In this document: piece by piece, positions 51,103 through 61,436 of the stretch | Position numbering within the stretch: the stretch's first letter is position 1 | Layout: every line of letters begins with the position of its first letter | Origin: Fimbriimonadales bacterium | GTDB lineage: Bacteria > Armatimonadota > Fimbriimonadia > Fimbriimonadales > ATM1 | Direction of reading: 5' to 3' | Assembly: GCA_041744215.1 (NCBI GenBank) | Contig: JBGTLG010000022.1 | Location: forward strand, 14,247 to 78,246 | Length of the DNA stretch: 64,000 nt | Position numbers and translations under genes: made by a program | The notes under the pieces: model-generated | Database searches by the model: none | What the model was told of the DNA's origin: nothing | The model's input: only the letters and a program-made list of their open reading frames with translations

Positions 51103-52279
51103 TCTTGGCGGACACAGCCTCGAGAAGCGCGACTGCTGCATTGAACTTCGAAGTTCGATCGACTTTTCTCGATTCTCCGTCCGCGAACAAGAGCGTGAGC
51201 TCGTTTTCGGGCGAGTCAAAACCAATATCGTCTCGGGAGACGTCATTGACCGCAATCGCGAGGAGACCTTTGTGCAGGAGCTTTGCGCCAGCGTTAGCGA
51301 GATGTTGTTCGGTTTCTGCGGCAAAGCCGACGATCGGAAGCGATGGTGCGGCTTGATGTGCCTCAGCCAGGATGTCGGGGTTCTCTACCAAATGTAGATT
51401 CACCGGGCCGCTACGCTTCATCTTTTCTGCAGCAGGATTCTCGACGCGATAATCGCCGACTGCCGCAGCGCCAATCAGAATATCTGCATTGTTGATTGCG
51501 GACAGCACCGCGTCGCGCATTTGGCACGCAGTAGAAACGCGGACCAGCGTCGCTCCCGCCGGTGGGGCGAGGAGTGCTGGCCCAGAGATCAGCGTGACGA
51601 CTGCACCCATTTGCACCGCCGCCCTTGCAATCTCATATCCCATGCGCCCGCTTGATCGGTTCGATAGGAAGCGGACCGGGTCAATGGGCTCGTGAGTCGG
51701 GCCTGCGGTGACAACAACTCGCAGTCCGGAGAGGAGGTCGCTGCGATACGCCGCAGCACGCGCCGCCGCGACGATCTGGTCGATAGATGCAAGTTTTCCC
51801 TGCCCCTGCTCGCCACATGCGACAACCCCTTCGTCTGGCTCCACAATGATCGCGCCGCGCGATCTGAGGCGATCAAGATTGTCTTGATTGCTTGCGCACG
51901 AGTACATGTCTGGATTCATTGCGGGCGCAATAACAAGCGGCGCGCGAGTTGCCTGCACGATTGTCGTAAACATATCTTCAGACTCGCCTCTCGCGAGGAT
52001 TGCAATCGCGTTGGCGGTTGCAGGACACACCAACACCGCTTTCGCGTCCCGCGCCCAGTCTATGTGCGCCATCCGGCCTCGCACCGGTTCGTCGAAGACG
52101 TTTGTCAAGACGGGCTGACCGGTGAGCGCCTCGAAAAGTGAAGCAGTCACAAACTCAGAGGCTGAATGAGACAGGCACGCGCGAACCTCGAGGCCGCTTC
52201 GCATCAACTCGCGGGCTACATCGCACGCACGATACGCTGCAACGCTGCCTGTAACTCCTAACACGATGACCGGTTTCAT
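51092..52279 (-). CDS. coaBC: Phosphopantothenoylcysteine decarboxylase/synthase
   Basis: LGVTGSVAAY, PAMN, TAGPTHEPIDPVRFLSNRSSGRMG. Confidence 0.96.
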   Translation of the reverse strand: MKPVIVLGVTGSVAAYRACDVARELMRSGLEVRACLSHSASEFVTASLFEALTGQPVLTNVFDEPVRGRMAHIDWARDAKAVLVCPATANAIAILARGESEDMFTTIVQATRAPLVIAPAMNPDMYSCASNQDNLDRLRSRGAIIVEPDEGVVACGEQGQGKLASIDQIVAAARAAAYRSDLLSGLRVVVTAGPTHEPIDPVRFLSNRSSGRMGYEIARAAVQMGAVVTLISGPALLAPPAGATLVRVSTACQMRDAVLSAINNADILIGAAAVGDYRVENPAAEKMKRSGPVNLHLVENPDILAEAHQAAPSLPIVGFAAETEQHLANAGAKLLHKGLLAIAVNDVSRDDIGFDSPENELTLLFADGESRKVDRTSKFNAAVALLEAVSAKIKM

Positions 52280-52833
52280 GCTTCACCAAACACGATTAGA
52301 TCGATCTCCTCCACACACCGATCGACATCGTCGTTTACAACCCTGAAGTGATATTGGTTTGCGTAGTCCATTTCATGTCGAGCGTTCTCGAGGCGCAGTC
52401 GAATCGTCTCCTCGTCGTCTGTTTTGCGTCCTCGGATACGCCGCTCCAACTCTTCCCAGGATGGAGGCAATAAGAAGATTGAGATCGCGTCCTTACGCGC
52501 CTCCATCGCTGCAAGCGCGCCTTGAACGTCGATCTTCAAGATTGCAATCTTCCCATCATCCAGCAGCGTCTGCATGTCTTTGAGTGGCGTCGCATAGAAA
52601 TTTGCGTGCACCTGCTTCCATTCTAAGAACTCGCCGTCAGCTGCCATGCGTTTGAACTCATCGACAGATACGAAGTGATAGTCGATCCCCGGCTGTTCTC
52701 CTGATCGAGGATCGCGGGTTGTGTAAGCAACAACTCGAACGACCTCCGGGCGAACAGCTCGCCATGCGTTGATCACGGTGTCTTTGCCAACTCCACTTGG
52801 GCCAGAAAGGATGACAAGCTTTCCCTTCGTCAC
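52276..52833 (-). CDS. gmk: Guanylate kinase
   Basis: SGPSGVGKDT, TTRDPR, DYHFV, IDVQGA. Confidence 0.96.
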   Translation of the reverse strand: MTKGKLVILSGPSGVGKDTVINAWRAVRPEVVRVVAYTTRDPRSGEQPGIDYHFVSVDEFKRMAADGEFLEWKQVHANFYATPLKDMQTLLDDGKIAILKIDVQGALAAMEARKDAISIFLLPPSWEELERRIRGRKTDDEETIRLRLENARHEMDYANQYHFRVVNDDVDRCVEEIDLIVFGEA

Positions 52834-54134
52834 TTCGCCACCCGCACGATCGCCTCGGCGATGCGCATTGGATCGTGCCGGACCAAATCCGTCTCAGAGA
52901 TTAGATTAGCGGCGATTGCCTTCAGTCCCATTGCTCGAATTCGCTCGACGTCTGGATCGACGAATTGCTGCCCGAACTCGGCGTAACGATCCAGCAAGTA
53001 CTGTCCCGGCCGGGCCTTGTTCACTAAAATGTAGTCGAATACTCTCTGGCCGACGTTTCCTTCGATCGCATGTACGTGCTCGCTCGCCGTGAGGCCATCG
53101 GTTTCCCCTGGCTGCGTCATTACATTGCAAACGTACACCTTGATTGCAGGCGATTCCGCGATTGCGCTCGCAACCCCTGGGACTAGCAGGGGCGGAATCA
53201 CGCTCGTGAAAACGGAGCCTGGTCCAATCACAATAATGTCGGCATCAGTAATCGACTGGAGAACCTCGGCTAACGGTGTAACCTCGCCTGGGTCCAGGAA
53301 CACTCGGCGAATTCGCAGCCTTGAGTTCACTATTTGCGTCTCGCCGCAAAGCACCGATCCGTCTTCCATTTCCGCGCGCAGCTTGACGTGGTCGAGAGTC
53401 GCCGGCAACACGCGCCCGCGAATCGCCAAGACGCGGCTGATCTCAGTTATTGCGCGATCAAAATCCCCCGTGATATCCACCATCGCTGCAATCAGCAGGT
53501 TCCCAACGCTGTGCCCACTAAGCGTGCCAGACGCGCCTTCGAATCGGTGCTGAAACAGGTCCGTCATGCTCTTTTCAGCATCAGCCAGTGCCACGAGGCA
53601 GTTTCGAATGTCCCCCGGCGGGAGCATGCCCTTGTCAGTGATCAGACGTCCGCTCGACCCGCCGTCATCAGTCACCGTCACGACGGCAGTGATTCTGTTC
53701 GTGCGGTGTTTGAGGCCTCGCAAGAGAGTGGACAATCCGGTTCCCCCACCGATCGCAACGATGTTTGGACCGGTCGAGAGTGCGCGCTGCCGAACCCACG
53801 CGCCGACACTTTTCCCTTCGAAGCTCGGGTTGGTAAACTTCACGAATTCGCGTGCAAGATTCCTAATGCCGAGCCATCCCAGATAGATTCCAAGAAACAG
53901 CAATGCTCCCGCAACCGCCCACTTCACGTCGGCAGCGGTACGTTCGTCGAGGAACATCTGGAAAAACCACGTTGCCTGTGCGTCGATCCAACCTAGCGCT
54001 GGCGCGAGCAACATCTTGTAACTCAAGGCCAGTCCCGCGATCACTACGGCGAGTGCAACTGCGACGAGAACCGCGGCGCGCCGCAACTTCAGCGCGCCCA
54101 TCAGCCAGGGACGGATTCGTCTACTTCGGTGCAT
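52830..54134 (-). CDS. YvcK/GlmR (UPF0052) family protein with N-terminal TM segments
   Basis: IGGGTGLS, DDGGSSG, PPGDIRNC, GPGSVFTS. Confidence 0.92.
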   Translation of the reverse strand: MHRSRRIRPWLMGALKLRRAAVLVAVALAVVIAGLALSYKMLLAPALGWIDAQATWFFQMFLDERTAADVKWAVAGALLFLGIYLGWLGIRNLAREFVKFTNPSFEGKSVGAWVRQRALSTGPNIVAIGGGTGLSTLLRGLKHRTNRITAVVTVTDDGGSSGRLITDKGMLPPGDIRNCLVALADAEKSMTDLFQHRFEGASGTLSGHSVGNLLIAAMVDITGDFDRAITEISRVLAIRGRVLPATLDHVKLRAEMEDGSVLCGETQIVNSRLRIRRVFLDPGEVTPLAEVLQSITDADIIVIGPGSVFTSVIPPLLVPGVASAIAESPAIKVYVCNVMTQPGETDGLTASEHVHAIEGNVGQRVFDYILVNKARPGQYLLDRYAEFGQQFVDPDVERIRAMGLKAIAANLISETDLVRHDPMRIAEAIVRVAK

Positions 54135-54489
54135 TCGGCCCAACTATCCGCCGGAGCAAGCCGAGAACCAGGCCCATGAGCAAGCTTCCGACCAGGGCGC
54201 CCCAGAAGTCTCCTACCTGATAGCCTAGCTCCCACGTACCGACTAGCCAGAACAGCAGCGCATTGATGAGGACCCAGGCGAGGCCGAAGGTAAGGCATGC
54301 AAGCGGCGCAGTCAGGAGCCGCAGCACACTGCCGAGTGTAGCGTTGATGAGGCCAAGCACAGCCGTGCCCAACAGAACTTTGAGCGGCTCGTCCGTGTGA
54401 ACCTGGACGTCAAAACCGAGTGCTGCGGCGATGAGCGCAGAGACGACGAGGCTGATTGCGCTTATGATCCAGTAGATGAGCAGGCGCAT
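54121..54489 (-). CDS. YvlD-like four-TM membrane protein (phage holin family IV-like)
   Basis: LGLINA...LLTAPL..LTFGL...INALLF; adjacent to yvcK. Confidence 0.8.
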   Translation of the reverse strand: MRLLIYWIISAISLVVSALIAAALGFDVQVHTDEPLKVLLGTAVLGLINATLGSVLRLLTAPLACLTFGLAWVLINALLFWLVGTWELGYQVGDFWGALVGSLLMGLVLGLLRRIVGPNAPK

Positions 54490-54552
54490 TACCCACCATT
54501 GTATTCCCGAATACGCTTGACTTGCAGGTGCCTCCGGGCTAAACTCCCCTCT

Positions 54553-57132
54553 GTGAAGCCGCACACGCCCATGCTGAGGCAGTACTTTGCCACTAAGGAG
54601 AGGTACCCAGGCGTGCTGATTGCGATGCGGGTCGGGGACTTTTATGAGTTTTACGGCGAAGATGCCGAGACGGCGTCGAAGGCACTCGAAATCACTCTGA
54701 CCGGCAGGGAGGATGGGCCGAACGGTCGTGTCGCCATGGCTGGTGTGCCTTATCACTCGGTTGAGAAGTACCTCGCCCGACTGATCCAAAAGGGAATCAA
54801 AGTTGCGCTCTGCGATCAGGTCGAGGATCCCAAGTTAGCCAAAGGTCTCGTGAAGCGGGAGGTGACGAGGGTCATGACGCCGGGGACGATCGTCGAGGAC
54901 GCGATTTTAGAGAGCGCGTCGAACAATTTTCTCGCATCGGCCGCGCCAGGCAAGGAGGGCGCAGGCATCTCATTCCTCGACCTCTCGACCGGTGAGTTCC
55001 TGGTCACAGAAGTTTCCGGGCCCGACTCAGCAGAGAAGACCATCCAGGAGATCGCTCGACTTAACCCATCCGAGTGCCTGCTGCCACAAGAAGCTGAGGA
55101 ACTTTACGAGCTCATTGGCAAGCTGGCCAAGACAATGGTGACGCGCACGTCGTTCCTGAAACCAAGAGATGCGAAATCTCGCTTGATGCGTCAGTTTGGA
55201 ACCCAATCGTTATCGCCGTTTGGACTCGAGGACTTGGATGAAGGGTCAGTTGCGGCAGGCGCGATTCTCGATTACTTGGATAAGAATGAGATCGAGTCTA
55301 AGCACATCGATCATGTCACCACCTATTCGCTCGAAGATCAGATGCGTCTCGATGGGCCGACGCTTCGCAGTCTCGAACTCACTCAAAACATGGCGGATGG
55401 CGGCAGAAGGTTCACGCTATTAGAAACTCTCGACGAAACTAAAACTCCGATGGGATCGAGACTCCTCAAGCGGTGGCTGGAAGAGCCACTCTTGGACATC
55501 GAGGCGATTCGTGCGCGGCACGATGCTGTGGAAGCGCTGTCAGGGAACGGCATTGCCCGAAGCTCGGTCCGCGATACTCTTGGCAAGCTGTATGACATAC
55601 AAAGGCTCGTCGGGCGCGCGGCGACCGGCATGGCGAACCCTCGAGACTTGGTTTCACTTCGGACTTCGATTGCGCTGCTGCCGTCACTTTTGGAGGTAAC
55701 GCTTCCTGTTGATTCGGGGCGGATCGCAATCGCCCGACGAGATATAGATCCTTGTGAGGACCTGCTTCAAGAACTGAATGTTGCGCTCACGGAGGAACCA
55801 CCGATCACCGTCAGAGAAGGCGGGATGATTCGCGCTGGATATGACCCCGAACTTGATGAACTTAGAAAGCTCGGGAGCGAAGGCAAGTCGTATATCGCAT
55901 CGCTGGAAGAACAGGAGCGATCATCGACGGGGATTGAGAAACTCAAGGTTGGCTACAACTCTGTGTTCGGCTACTATCTTGAAGTGCCAAGGGCGCAGAT
56001 AGCGAAGGCGCCAGATAGATACATCCGAAAACAGACGACTGCAAACACAGAGAGATACATTACTGCCGAGCTCAAGGAGTACGAAGCAAAAGTGCTCGGA
56101 AGCGAAGAAAAAGCGCACGAGCTTGAATACCGCCTGTTCAATGACTTGCGCAATCGGGTTGCAGTTAACGCATCAAGATTGCTCAAGGGTTCTCGCGCAG
56201 TCGCAGAGATTGACGCGCTTCAGTCGCTTGCAGAGTGCGCCGCGATGCGGGGCTACGTGCGTCCGCGCATGTCTGAGGCGAACGCGATCAAGATCGTTGG
56301 TGGACGACATCCCGTCGTCGAAGCGCATGCTGGGATGGGCGTCTTCGTCCCGAACGACACTTTTCTTGGAACAGAGACGACGCTCATAGTGTTGACCGGG
56401 CCAAACATGAGCGGAAAGTCAACATTTTTGCGGCAGACTGCGCTGATCGTCTTGATGGCTCAAGCTGGCTCGTTTGTGCCGGCCGACGAGGCGGACCTCG
56501 GAGTGATTGATCGGGTCTTCGCACGCATCGGCGCACGAGACGAACTCGCGAGCGGTCAGAGCACATTCATGGTGGAGATGACGGAGGCAGCCAACATTCT
56601 TCATCATGCTACCGATCGAAGCCTGGTGATCCTCGATGAGATTGGTCGCGGAACCAGCACATTTGATGGACTTGCTATCGCTTGGGCGGTTGTTGAACGC
56701 CTCGTTGATGTTGGCGCGCTGACGCTTTTTGCGACGCACTATCATCAACTGAATGCTCTCGCAGATCAACTCGATACTGTAGCTAACTTTCGCGTCGCGG
56801 TGAGGGAGGATGAGGACAAAGTCGTCTGGCTCCACAAAGTCCTCCAAGGAGGCACCGATCGCAGCTACGGAATCCAAGTTGCACGAATGGCCGGGCTGCC
56901 GAAGACGGTTCTGGAACGCGCCACGGAAGTTCTATCCGACTTGGAAGGAAGCGAATCGGTCCCCGGAGCGGCGCAGGTTCGCGAACGATCTCTTCAATTG
57001 ACGCTGTTCCATCAAGAGGAACCCGCAGTCTTAAAGCGATTGCGGGACTTGGATCCGAACACGCTCACACCCGTCGAGGCGCTGGTGGTGCTCAACAACC
57101 TCAAACGCGAGTGCGCGGAAAAGAATGGCTGA
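54553..57132 (+). CDS. mutS: DNA mismatch repair protein MutS
   Basis: TPMLRQY, GDFYEF, TGPNMSGKST, STFMVEM, DEIGRGT; start GTG 54553. Confidence 0.97.
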   Translation: MKPHTPMLRQYFATKERYPGVLIAMRVGDFYEFYGEDAETASKALEITLTGREDGPNGRVAMAGVPYHSVEKYLARLIQKGIKVALCDQVEDPKLAKGLVKREVTRVMTPGTIVEDAILESASNNFLASAAPGKEGAGISFLDLSTGEFLVTEVSGPDSAEKTIQEIARLNPSECLLPQEAEELYELIGKLAKTMVTRTSFLKPRDAKSRLMRQFGTQSLSPFGLEDLDEGSVAAGAILDYLDKNEIESKHIDHVTTYSLEDQMRLDGPTLRSLELTQNMADGGRRFTLLETLDETKTPMGSRLLKRWLEEPLLDIEAIRARHDAVEALSGNGIARSSVRDTLGKLYDIQRLVGRAATGMANPRDLVSLRTSIALLPSLLEVTLPVDSGRIAIARRDIDPCEDLLQELNVALTEEPPITVREGGMIRAGYDPELDELRKLGSEGKSYIASLEEQERSSTGIEKLKVGYNSVFGYYLEVPRAQIAKAPDRYIRKQTTANTERYITAELKEYEAKVLGSEEKAHELEYRLFNDLRNRVAVNASRLLKGSRAVAEIDALQSLAECAAMRGYVRPRMSEANAIKIVGGRHPVVEAHAGMGVFVPNDTFLGTETTLIVLTGPNMSGKSTFLRQTALIVLMAQAGSFVPADEADLGVIDRVFARIGARDELASGQSTFMVEMTEAANILHHATDRSLVILDEIGRGTSTFDGLAIAWAVVERLVDVGALTLFATHYHQLNALADQLDTVANFRVAVREDEDKVVWLHKVLQGGTDRSYGIQVARMAGLPKTVLERATEVLSDLEGSESVPGAAQVRERSLQLTLFHQEEPAVLKRLRDLDPNTLTPVEALVVLNNLKRECAEKNG

Positions 57133-59521
57133 GCGAATCCACGTCGCGGAGGTCGCGCCGGACGTAACCACGCAGGTGATCGACTCCACCTATACGTACT
57201 TGATTCCGAACGGAATTGAATTGGCGGCAGGTGACGCTGTTCTGGTCCCATTTGGCTCGCAAGTTCTTGCAGGCTATGTTATGAACACGAGCGAGATTAA
57301 CCCACTCGAGTTGCCGTTTGATCCGAGTCAATTGCGGCGTGTTCAGTCGCGAATCGATGGCATGTCGATGCCCAGTGACCTCTTGGAAACGCTTAGGTTC
57401 ATCTCTGAGGAGTATCTGGCTTCGATGGGATCAGTTGTCTCTACCGCGATGCCGCCCGGCATCCGGTCTCGCGTCGTGACTCACTACTCTCTCATAGAGC
57501 CAGCTCCGGATGTCCGGCTCACTCCTGCGCAGCGCGAGACGCTAAAGTTTATAGAAGAGAATGGGAGAGTCGTTACCGATCAAAAACTCGCAAGAGCGAA
57601 GCAACTTGCTAAGTCGTCGGTGCGGGCACTTTTGAAAGCGGGCTGCCTAACAAAGCAGGTTTCAATGGCGCAGAGTCGCACTGTTCGGTCGGTCATGCTG
57701 CGGTTAGGAGATCAGGCTGCGATCGAAGAGTTTTTGGCGACGTCGAAGAGAAAGCCCGCGCAGGCTGCCTGTTTGATCGCACTTCAGTCTGCTGAAAGCG
57801 CTTCCTTCTCTCCAGGTGAAATCCGCGCGCTCGCGAATACTACTGACAGCATCATTAGCAAGCTTACCGACGCTGGCCTGCTAGTCGAGACTACAGAGGA
57901 GACTGCAAACCCCAAGGCTCCTCCTAAGCTGACAAGTGAGCAGAACTCTGCCTTTACTAAAATCAGGACGTCAATCAAAGAGTCCGCTGGCAGGAGATTC
58001 TTGCTTTTCGGCATAACGGGCAGCGGAAAGACTGAAGTCTATCTGCGCGCTGTTGCAGAAACGCTGGCGATCGGAAAGCAAGCTCTGTACCTTGTCCCAG
58101 AGATAGCGCTGACGGCGCAAGTCGTTTCGCAGCTGCGTTCCAGATTCGGACCCGTTGTCGCTGTAATGCACAGTGGATTATCAGAGGGTGAGAGATTGCA
58201 GAATTGGCGAAAGATTCGCAATGGCGAGTCGCCGATAGTGCTCGGCGCGCGGAGTGCGATCTTTGCTCCTCTGACGAATCTCGGGTTGGTCGTCATCGAC
58301 GAGGAGCACGAAGCGAGCTACAAGCAAGACAATGTCCCACGTTATCATCTGCGCCGAGTTGCGGAGCATCGCGCGTTGATTACCGGCGCAACGATCGTTC
58401 TTGGATCTGCAACTCCTTCGGTTGAGACGTTTCATCGAGCCGAGTCGGGCCAGATACACCTTCTATCGTTGACCGAGCGAGCAACGAAGGAGCGATTGCC
58501 AGACGTGACTATCTCCGATCTGCGTGAGGTCTTTCAGGCGAAGCAGCCCTCGATTCTCGGTCCGGAGCTGAAAGCTGCGATGTGCGAGGTGATGGAGAGA
58601 GGCGAACAAACAATCCTGTTTATAAACCGGAGGGCTTACGCGTCATCGCTCCTATGCCGTGATTGCGGACACGTGCCGATGTGTCCGAAGTGCTCCGTTT
58701 CTTTGACCTTTCACCGTGGGATTCGAAGGTTGCGATGCCATCACTGCGGGCACGAATCAGTTGCGCCAGATACGTGTCCGTCTTGTAGAGGCAGTCGAAT
58801 AAGAACACTTGGGCTCGGTACCGAGAAGGTAGAAGAGACTGTAAGCAAAGAGTTTCCGGACGCCAAAGTAGTTCGGCTCGACAGAGATGTCGCGAAGCGG
58901 AAGGGCGCTCTCGAGCAAATCTTGGCGGACTTTCACGAAGGGCGAGCATCGGTTCTCGTTGGGACACAAATGGTCGCGAAGGGGCTTGACTTTCCTGGAG
59001 TGAGTTTGGTTGGAGTGATAGCCGCAGACACAGGATTGTTCATCCCGGATTTTCGCGCAACGGAGAGAACTTTCCAACTCTTGACGCAGGTCGCTGGTCG
59101 TTCTGGGCGTCATCGCCCTGGACGCGTCGTAGTGCAGACTTTTCAGCCGGAACACCCTGCGATCGTTTTCGCCGCGAATCAGGATTATCCAGACTTTTGG
59201 AAGGCGGAGGTGGCGGAGAGGCAGGAAGCGAAGTATCCTCCGTTCGTCCGTTTGGTCAATGTCGTCGTTGCCAGCGAAGATCGGGCGGCTGCCGACTCTG
59301 CAATCGCTGAAATCGCTGAACATCTGCGGTCGGTCTCCGGCGTTGAAGTGGTGGGCCCAGCTGACTGCGCCATCGAACGACTCAGATCTCGGTGGCGAAG
59401 GCACCTGCTCGTCAAGCTACCGCTTCATGAAAGCCCGTCGGTCGTCGCTCTCCCTCAGGATCTTGTCTCGCGGAAAGGTGTCTCTGTGACAATCGATGTC
59501 GATCCCGGCTCGCTAATGTAA
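57125..59521 (+). CDS. priA: Primosomal protein N' helicase
   Basis: GITGSGKTEVY, DEEH, Cys-rich zinc region, QVAGRSGR. Confidence 0.96.
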   Translation: MAERIHVAEVAPDVTTQVIDSTYTYLIPNGIELAAGDAVLVPFGSQVLAGYVMNTSEINPLELPFDPSQLRRVQSRIDGMSMPSDLLETLRFISEEYLASMGSVVSTAMPPGIRSRVVTHYSLIEPAPDVRLTPAQRETLKFIEENGRVVTDQKLARAKQLAKSSVRALLKAGCLTKQVSMAQSRTVRSVMLRLGDQAAIEEFLATSKRKPAQAACLIALQSAESASFSPGEIRALANTTDSIISKLTDAGLLVETTEETANPKAPPKLTSEQNSAFTKIRTSIKESAGRRFLLFGITGSGKTEVYLRAVAETLAIGKQALYLVPEIALTAQVVSQLRSRFGPVVAVMHSGLSEGERLQNWRKIRNGESPIVLGARSAIFAPLTNLGLVVIDEEHEASYKQDNVPRYHLRRVAEHRALITGATIVLGSATPSVETFHRAESGQIHLLSLTERATKERLPDVTISDLREVFQAKQPSILGPELKAAMCEVMERGEQTILFINRRAYASSLLCRDCGHVPMCPKCSVSLTFHRGIRRLRCHHCGHESVAPDTCPSCRGSRIRTLGLGTEKVEETVSKEFPDAKVVRLDRDVAKRKGALEQILADFHEGRASVLVGTQMVAKGLDFPGVSLVGVIAADTGLFIPDFRATERTFQLLTQVAGRSGRHRPGRVVVQTFQPEHPAIVFAANQDYPDFWKAEVAERQEAKYPPFVRLVNVVVASEDRAAADSAIAEIAEHLRSVSGVEVVGPADCAIERLRSRWRRHLLVKLPLHESPSVVALPQDLVSRKGVSVTIDVDPGSLM

Positions 59522-59536
59522 ACTTTTGACTTCAGT

Positions 59537-60067
59537 ATGGAAATCGTCGTACCCGCAGAGTATCAGGTCCTTTGGGAGACCAATGACCAACGGCCGGTTG
59601 TGAAGTATCCGGCCGACGTCTTGCGTCAGGTCGCATCGCCCGTCGAGCGTGTGAACAAAGATACGCGCCGATTGATTGAGCGGATGTCGAAGATCATCAA
59701 GCAGGCTAATGGAGTTGGACTTGCGGCGCCACAGGTGGGTGTTGCTGAGCGGGTGATTCTCGTTTCGCCGAGCGGGCGCGAGGCTTTCGCTTTAGTCAAC
59801 CCGGAGATCACTCTCCGCGAAGGCGAGGTCGTCGCCCAAGAAGGCTGCCTAAGTTTGCCGGGTTTGTACGGCGATGTGAAGCGCAGTGCGATTGTCGAGG
59901 TCAGAGCCCTTGATCCGGAAGGGAAATCTGTAAAGTACCGATTTGAAGGCTTGGGCTCTCGAGTTGTGCAACATGAAATCGATCACCTCGACGGCGTGCT
60001 GTTCATAGACAAAGTGGATGTGGCAACTCTGCACTGGGCATGGCCGATGGGGAGCGACGCAGACTAG
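59537..60067 (+). CDS. def: Peptide deformylase
   Basis: GVGLAAPQ, EGCLS, QHEIDHLDG. Confidence 0.97.
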   Translation: MEIVVPAEYQVLWETNDQRPVVKYPADVLRQVASPVERVNKDTRRLIERMSKIIKQANGVGLAAPQVGVAERVILVSPSGREAFALVNPEITLREGEVVAQEGCLSLPGLYGDVKRSAIVEVRALDPEGKSVKYRFEGLGSRVVQHEIDHLDGVLFIDKVDVATLHWAWPMGSDAD

Positions 60068-60990
60068 TGCGTCTTGTTTACTTCGGCACGAGCGAGTTCG
60101 CGGTGCCCGCGCTCAAGTTGCTCGCGGACGACATCGTTCTCGTGGTGACTCAGCCAGATCGTCCCGCAGGGCGAGGACGGAAGATGCGTGCTTCTCCAGT
60201 GAAACAAGCTGCGCAAGCGCTGGGCCTGGTTATCGAGTCACCAGAATCTGCGAAAGATCCCGCGTTCATTGCGCGCGTTCAATTGACGAGCTCGGACGCG
60301 CTTGTCGTTGCGAGCTACGGACAAATTCTCAAGGAGTCTTTGTTGAGTGCCGCGGTGCGCGGCGGAATCAATTTGCATGCATCGATCCTGCCAAAGTATC
60401 GTGGCGCGGCACCGGTGCAGCGCGCGGTGCTGGCAGGTGAGCAGGAGACAGGGGTGACGCTCATGCAGATGGACAAAGGGATGGACACGGGAGACATCAT
60501 CGCAATTGAGAGAACTCGAATTGACCCGGATGAGAGCGCAGGCGAGTTGGAAGCGCGCCTCGCTGTGATTGGAGCGAACATGACTAAACACTGGCTGCCG
60601 CTGATCGTTGCGGGCGGTTACGAGCGCACACCGCAGAACAACAGCGAAGCTACGCTTGCGCCGAAAATGACGCGAGACGACGGTGAACTGCGCTTCGACA
60701 CTGACGCTGTGGCTGCTTACAACCGATTTCGAGCCGCCACGCCAAGGCCTGGAGCATGGATGGACACGCGGTTCGGGCCCGTCCGAACACACAGTGCGCG
60801 ACTCGCGGCCGACTTGATCGGACATCCCGGCGAGGTCATCGCTGTAGACGACTCGGGGCTTGTTGTTGCGTTCATAGCTGGTTCACTCCGACTCATCGAA
60901 GTTCAGCCTGGTGGAAAGTCGCGAATGTCGGCGCTTGACTTTGCGAATGGGCATCGAATCGAGCCAGGAAGCACACTTGCTGCGAAATGA
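60067..60990 (+). CDS. fmt: Methionyl-tRNA formyltransferase
   Basis: FGTSEFA, VVTQPDRPAGRG, NLHASILPKYRGAAP; GTG overlaps def stop. Confidence 0.96.
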   Translation: MRLVYFGTSEFAVPALKLLADDIVLVVTQPDRPAGRGRKMRASPVKQAAQALGLVIESPESAKDPAFIARVQLTSSDALVVASYGQILKESLLSAAVRGGINLHASILPKYRGAAPVQRAVLAGEQETGVTLMQMDKGMDTGDIIAIERTRIDPDESAGELEARLAVIGANMTKHWLPLIVAGGYERTPQNNSEATLAPKMTRDDGELRFDTDAVAAYNRFRAATPRPGAWMDTRFGPVRTHSARLAADLIGHPGEVIAVDDSGLVVAFIAGSLRLIEVQPGGKSRMSALDFANGHRIEPGSTLAAK

Positions 60991-61199
60991 AGCGGGCTTT
61001 GGAACCGGATGTGCTAAAAAAGTACGCATCCACAATCGCCTGCTGAATCCGGTTTGTTCAAGAAGTGGGAAGTAATCAAAAAAAGAAGAAATTTTTTTTT
61101 CTTTTTGTAGCCAGGTCTCCAGGAACTTGATTTTTGGCAATTCTGTTTACCAAAGGTTGCAGTTGCGCCAGGATTGATGCGGGGATTCTTGTCGAAAAT

Positions 61200-61240
61200 T
61201 GTCAACCCCCTTGACAGTTGGTTAGCATAGTCGGTACATT
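61200..61240 (+). promoter_or_regulatory. Sigma-70 promoter with perfect palindrome over the -35
   Basis: TGTCAA-CCCCC-TTGACA; TTGACA-N18-TACATT; AT-rich tract upstream. Confidence 0.65.
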
Positions 61241-61246
61241 GACTCT

Positions 61247-61395
61247 CGTACCCCGCCGTACACCGAATACAACTAAGTGAGCAAGTGAGGAGGCGACGTA
61301 CCTCGGTGACAACGGCAACGCATTTCATCCCTCCTCACCGCATGCCCCGGCGCGACCCCTCATCCCGACCTCCCCAGCGCCGGGGCGCTTACTTT
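61247..61395 (+). ncRNA. Candidate small RNA (~150 nt)
   Basis: Between the promoter and a 10-bp GC hairpin with T-rich tail; second stem GTGAGGAGG/CCTCCTCAC; no convincing ORF. Confidence 0.55.
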
Positions 61396-61436
61396 AAGCC
61401 CCTTGTGCTGATCCGCTTTCAGGGATAATCCTCGAT

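Noticed and set aside
54121-54489. Prophage indicated by a holin-family gene
   Set aside because: YvlD-like proteins are chromosomal; the gene sits beside yvcK with no phage genes.
61000-61200. Classical DnaA-box oriC
   Set aside because: Only one weak box-like match (GCATCCACA); no cluster and no dnaA or dnaN gene nearby.
61014-61328. 104-aa minus-strand ORF in the fmt-WG intergenic region
   Set aside because: Runs through homopolymer tracts and promoter elements with no protein-like features.
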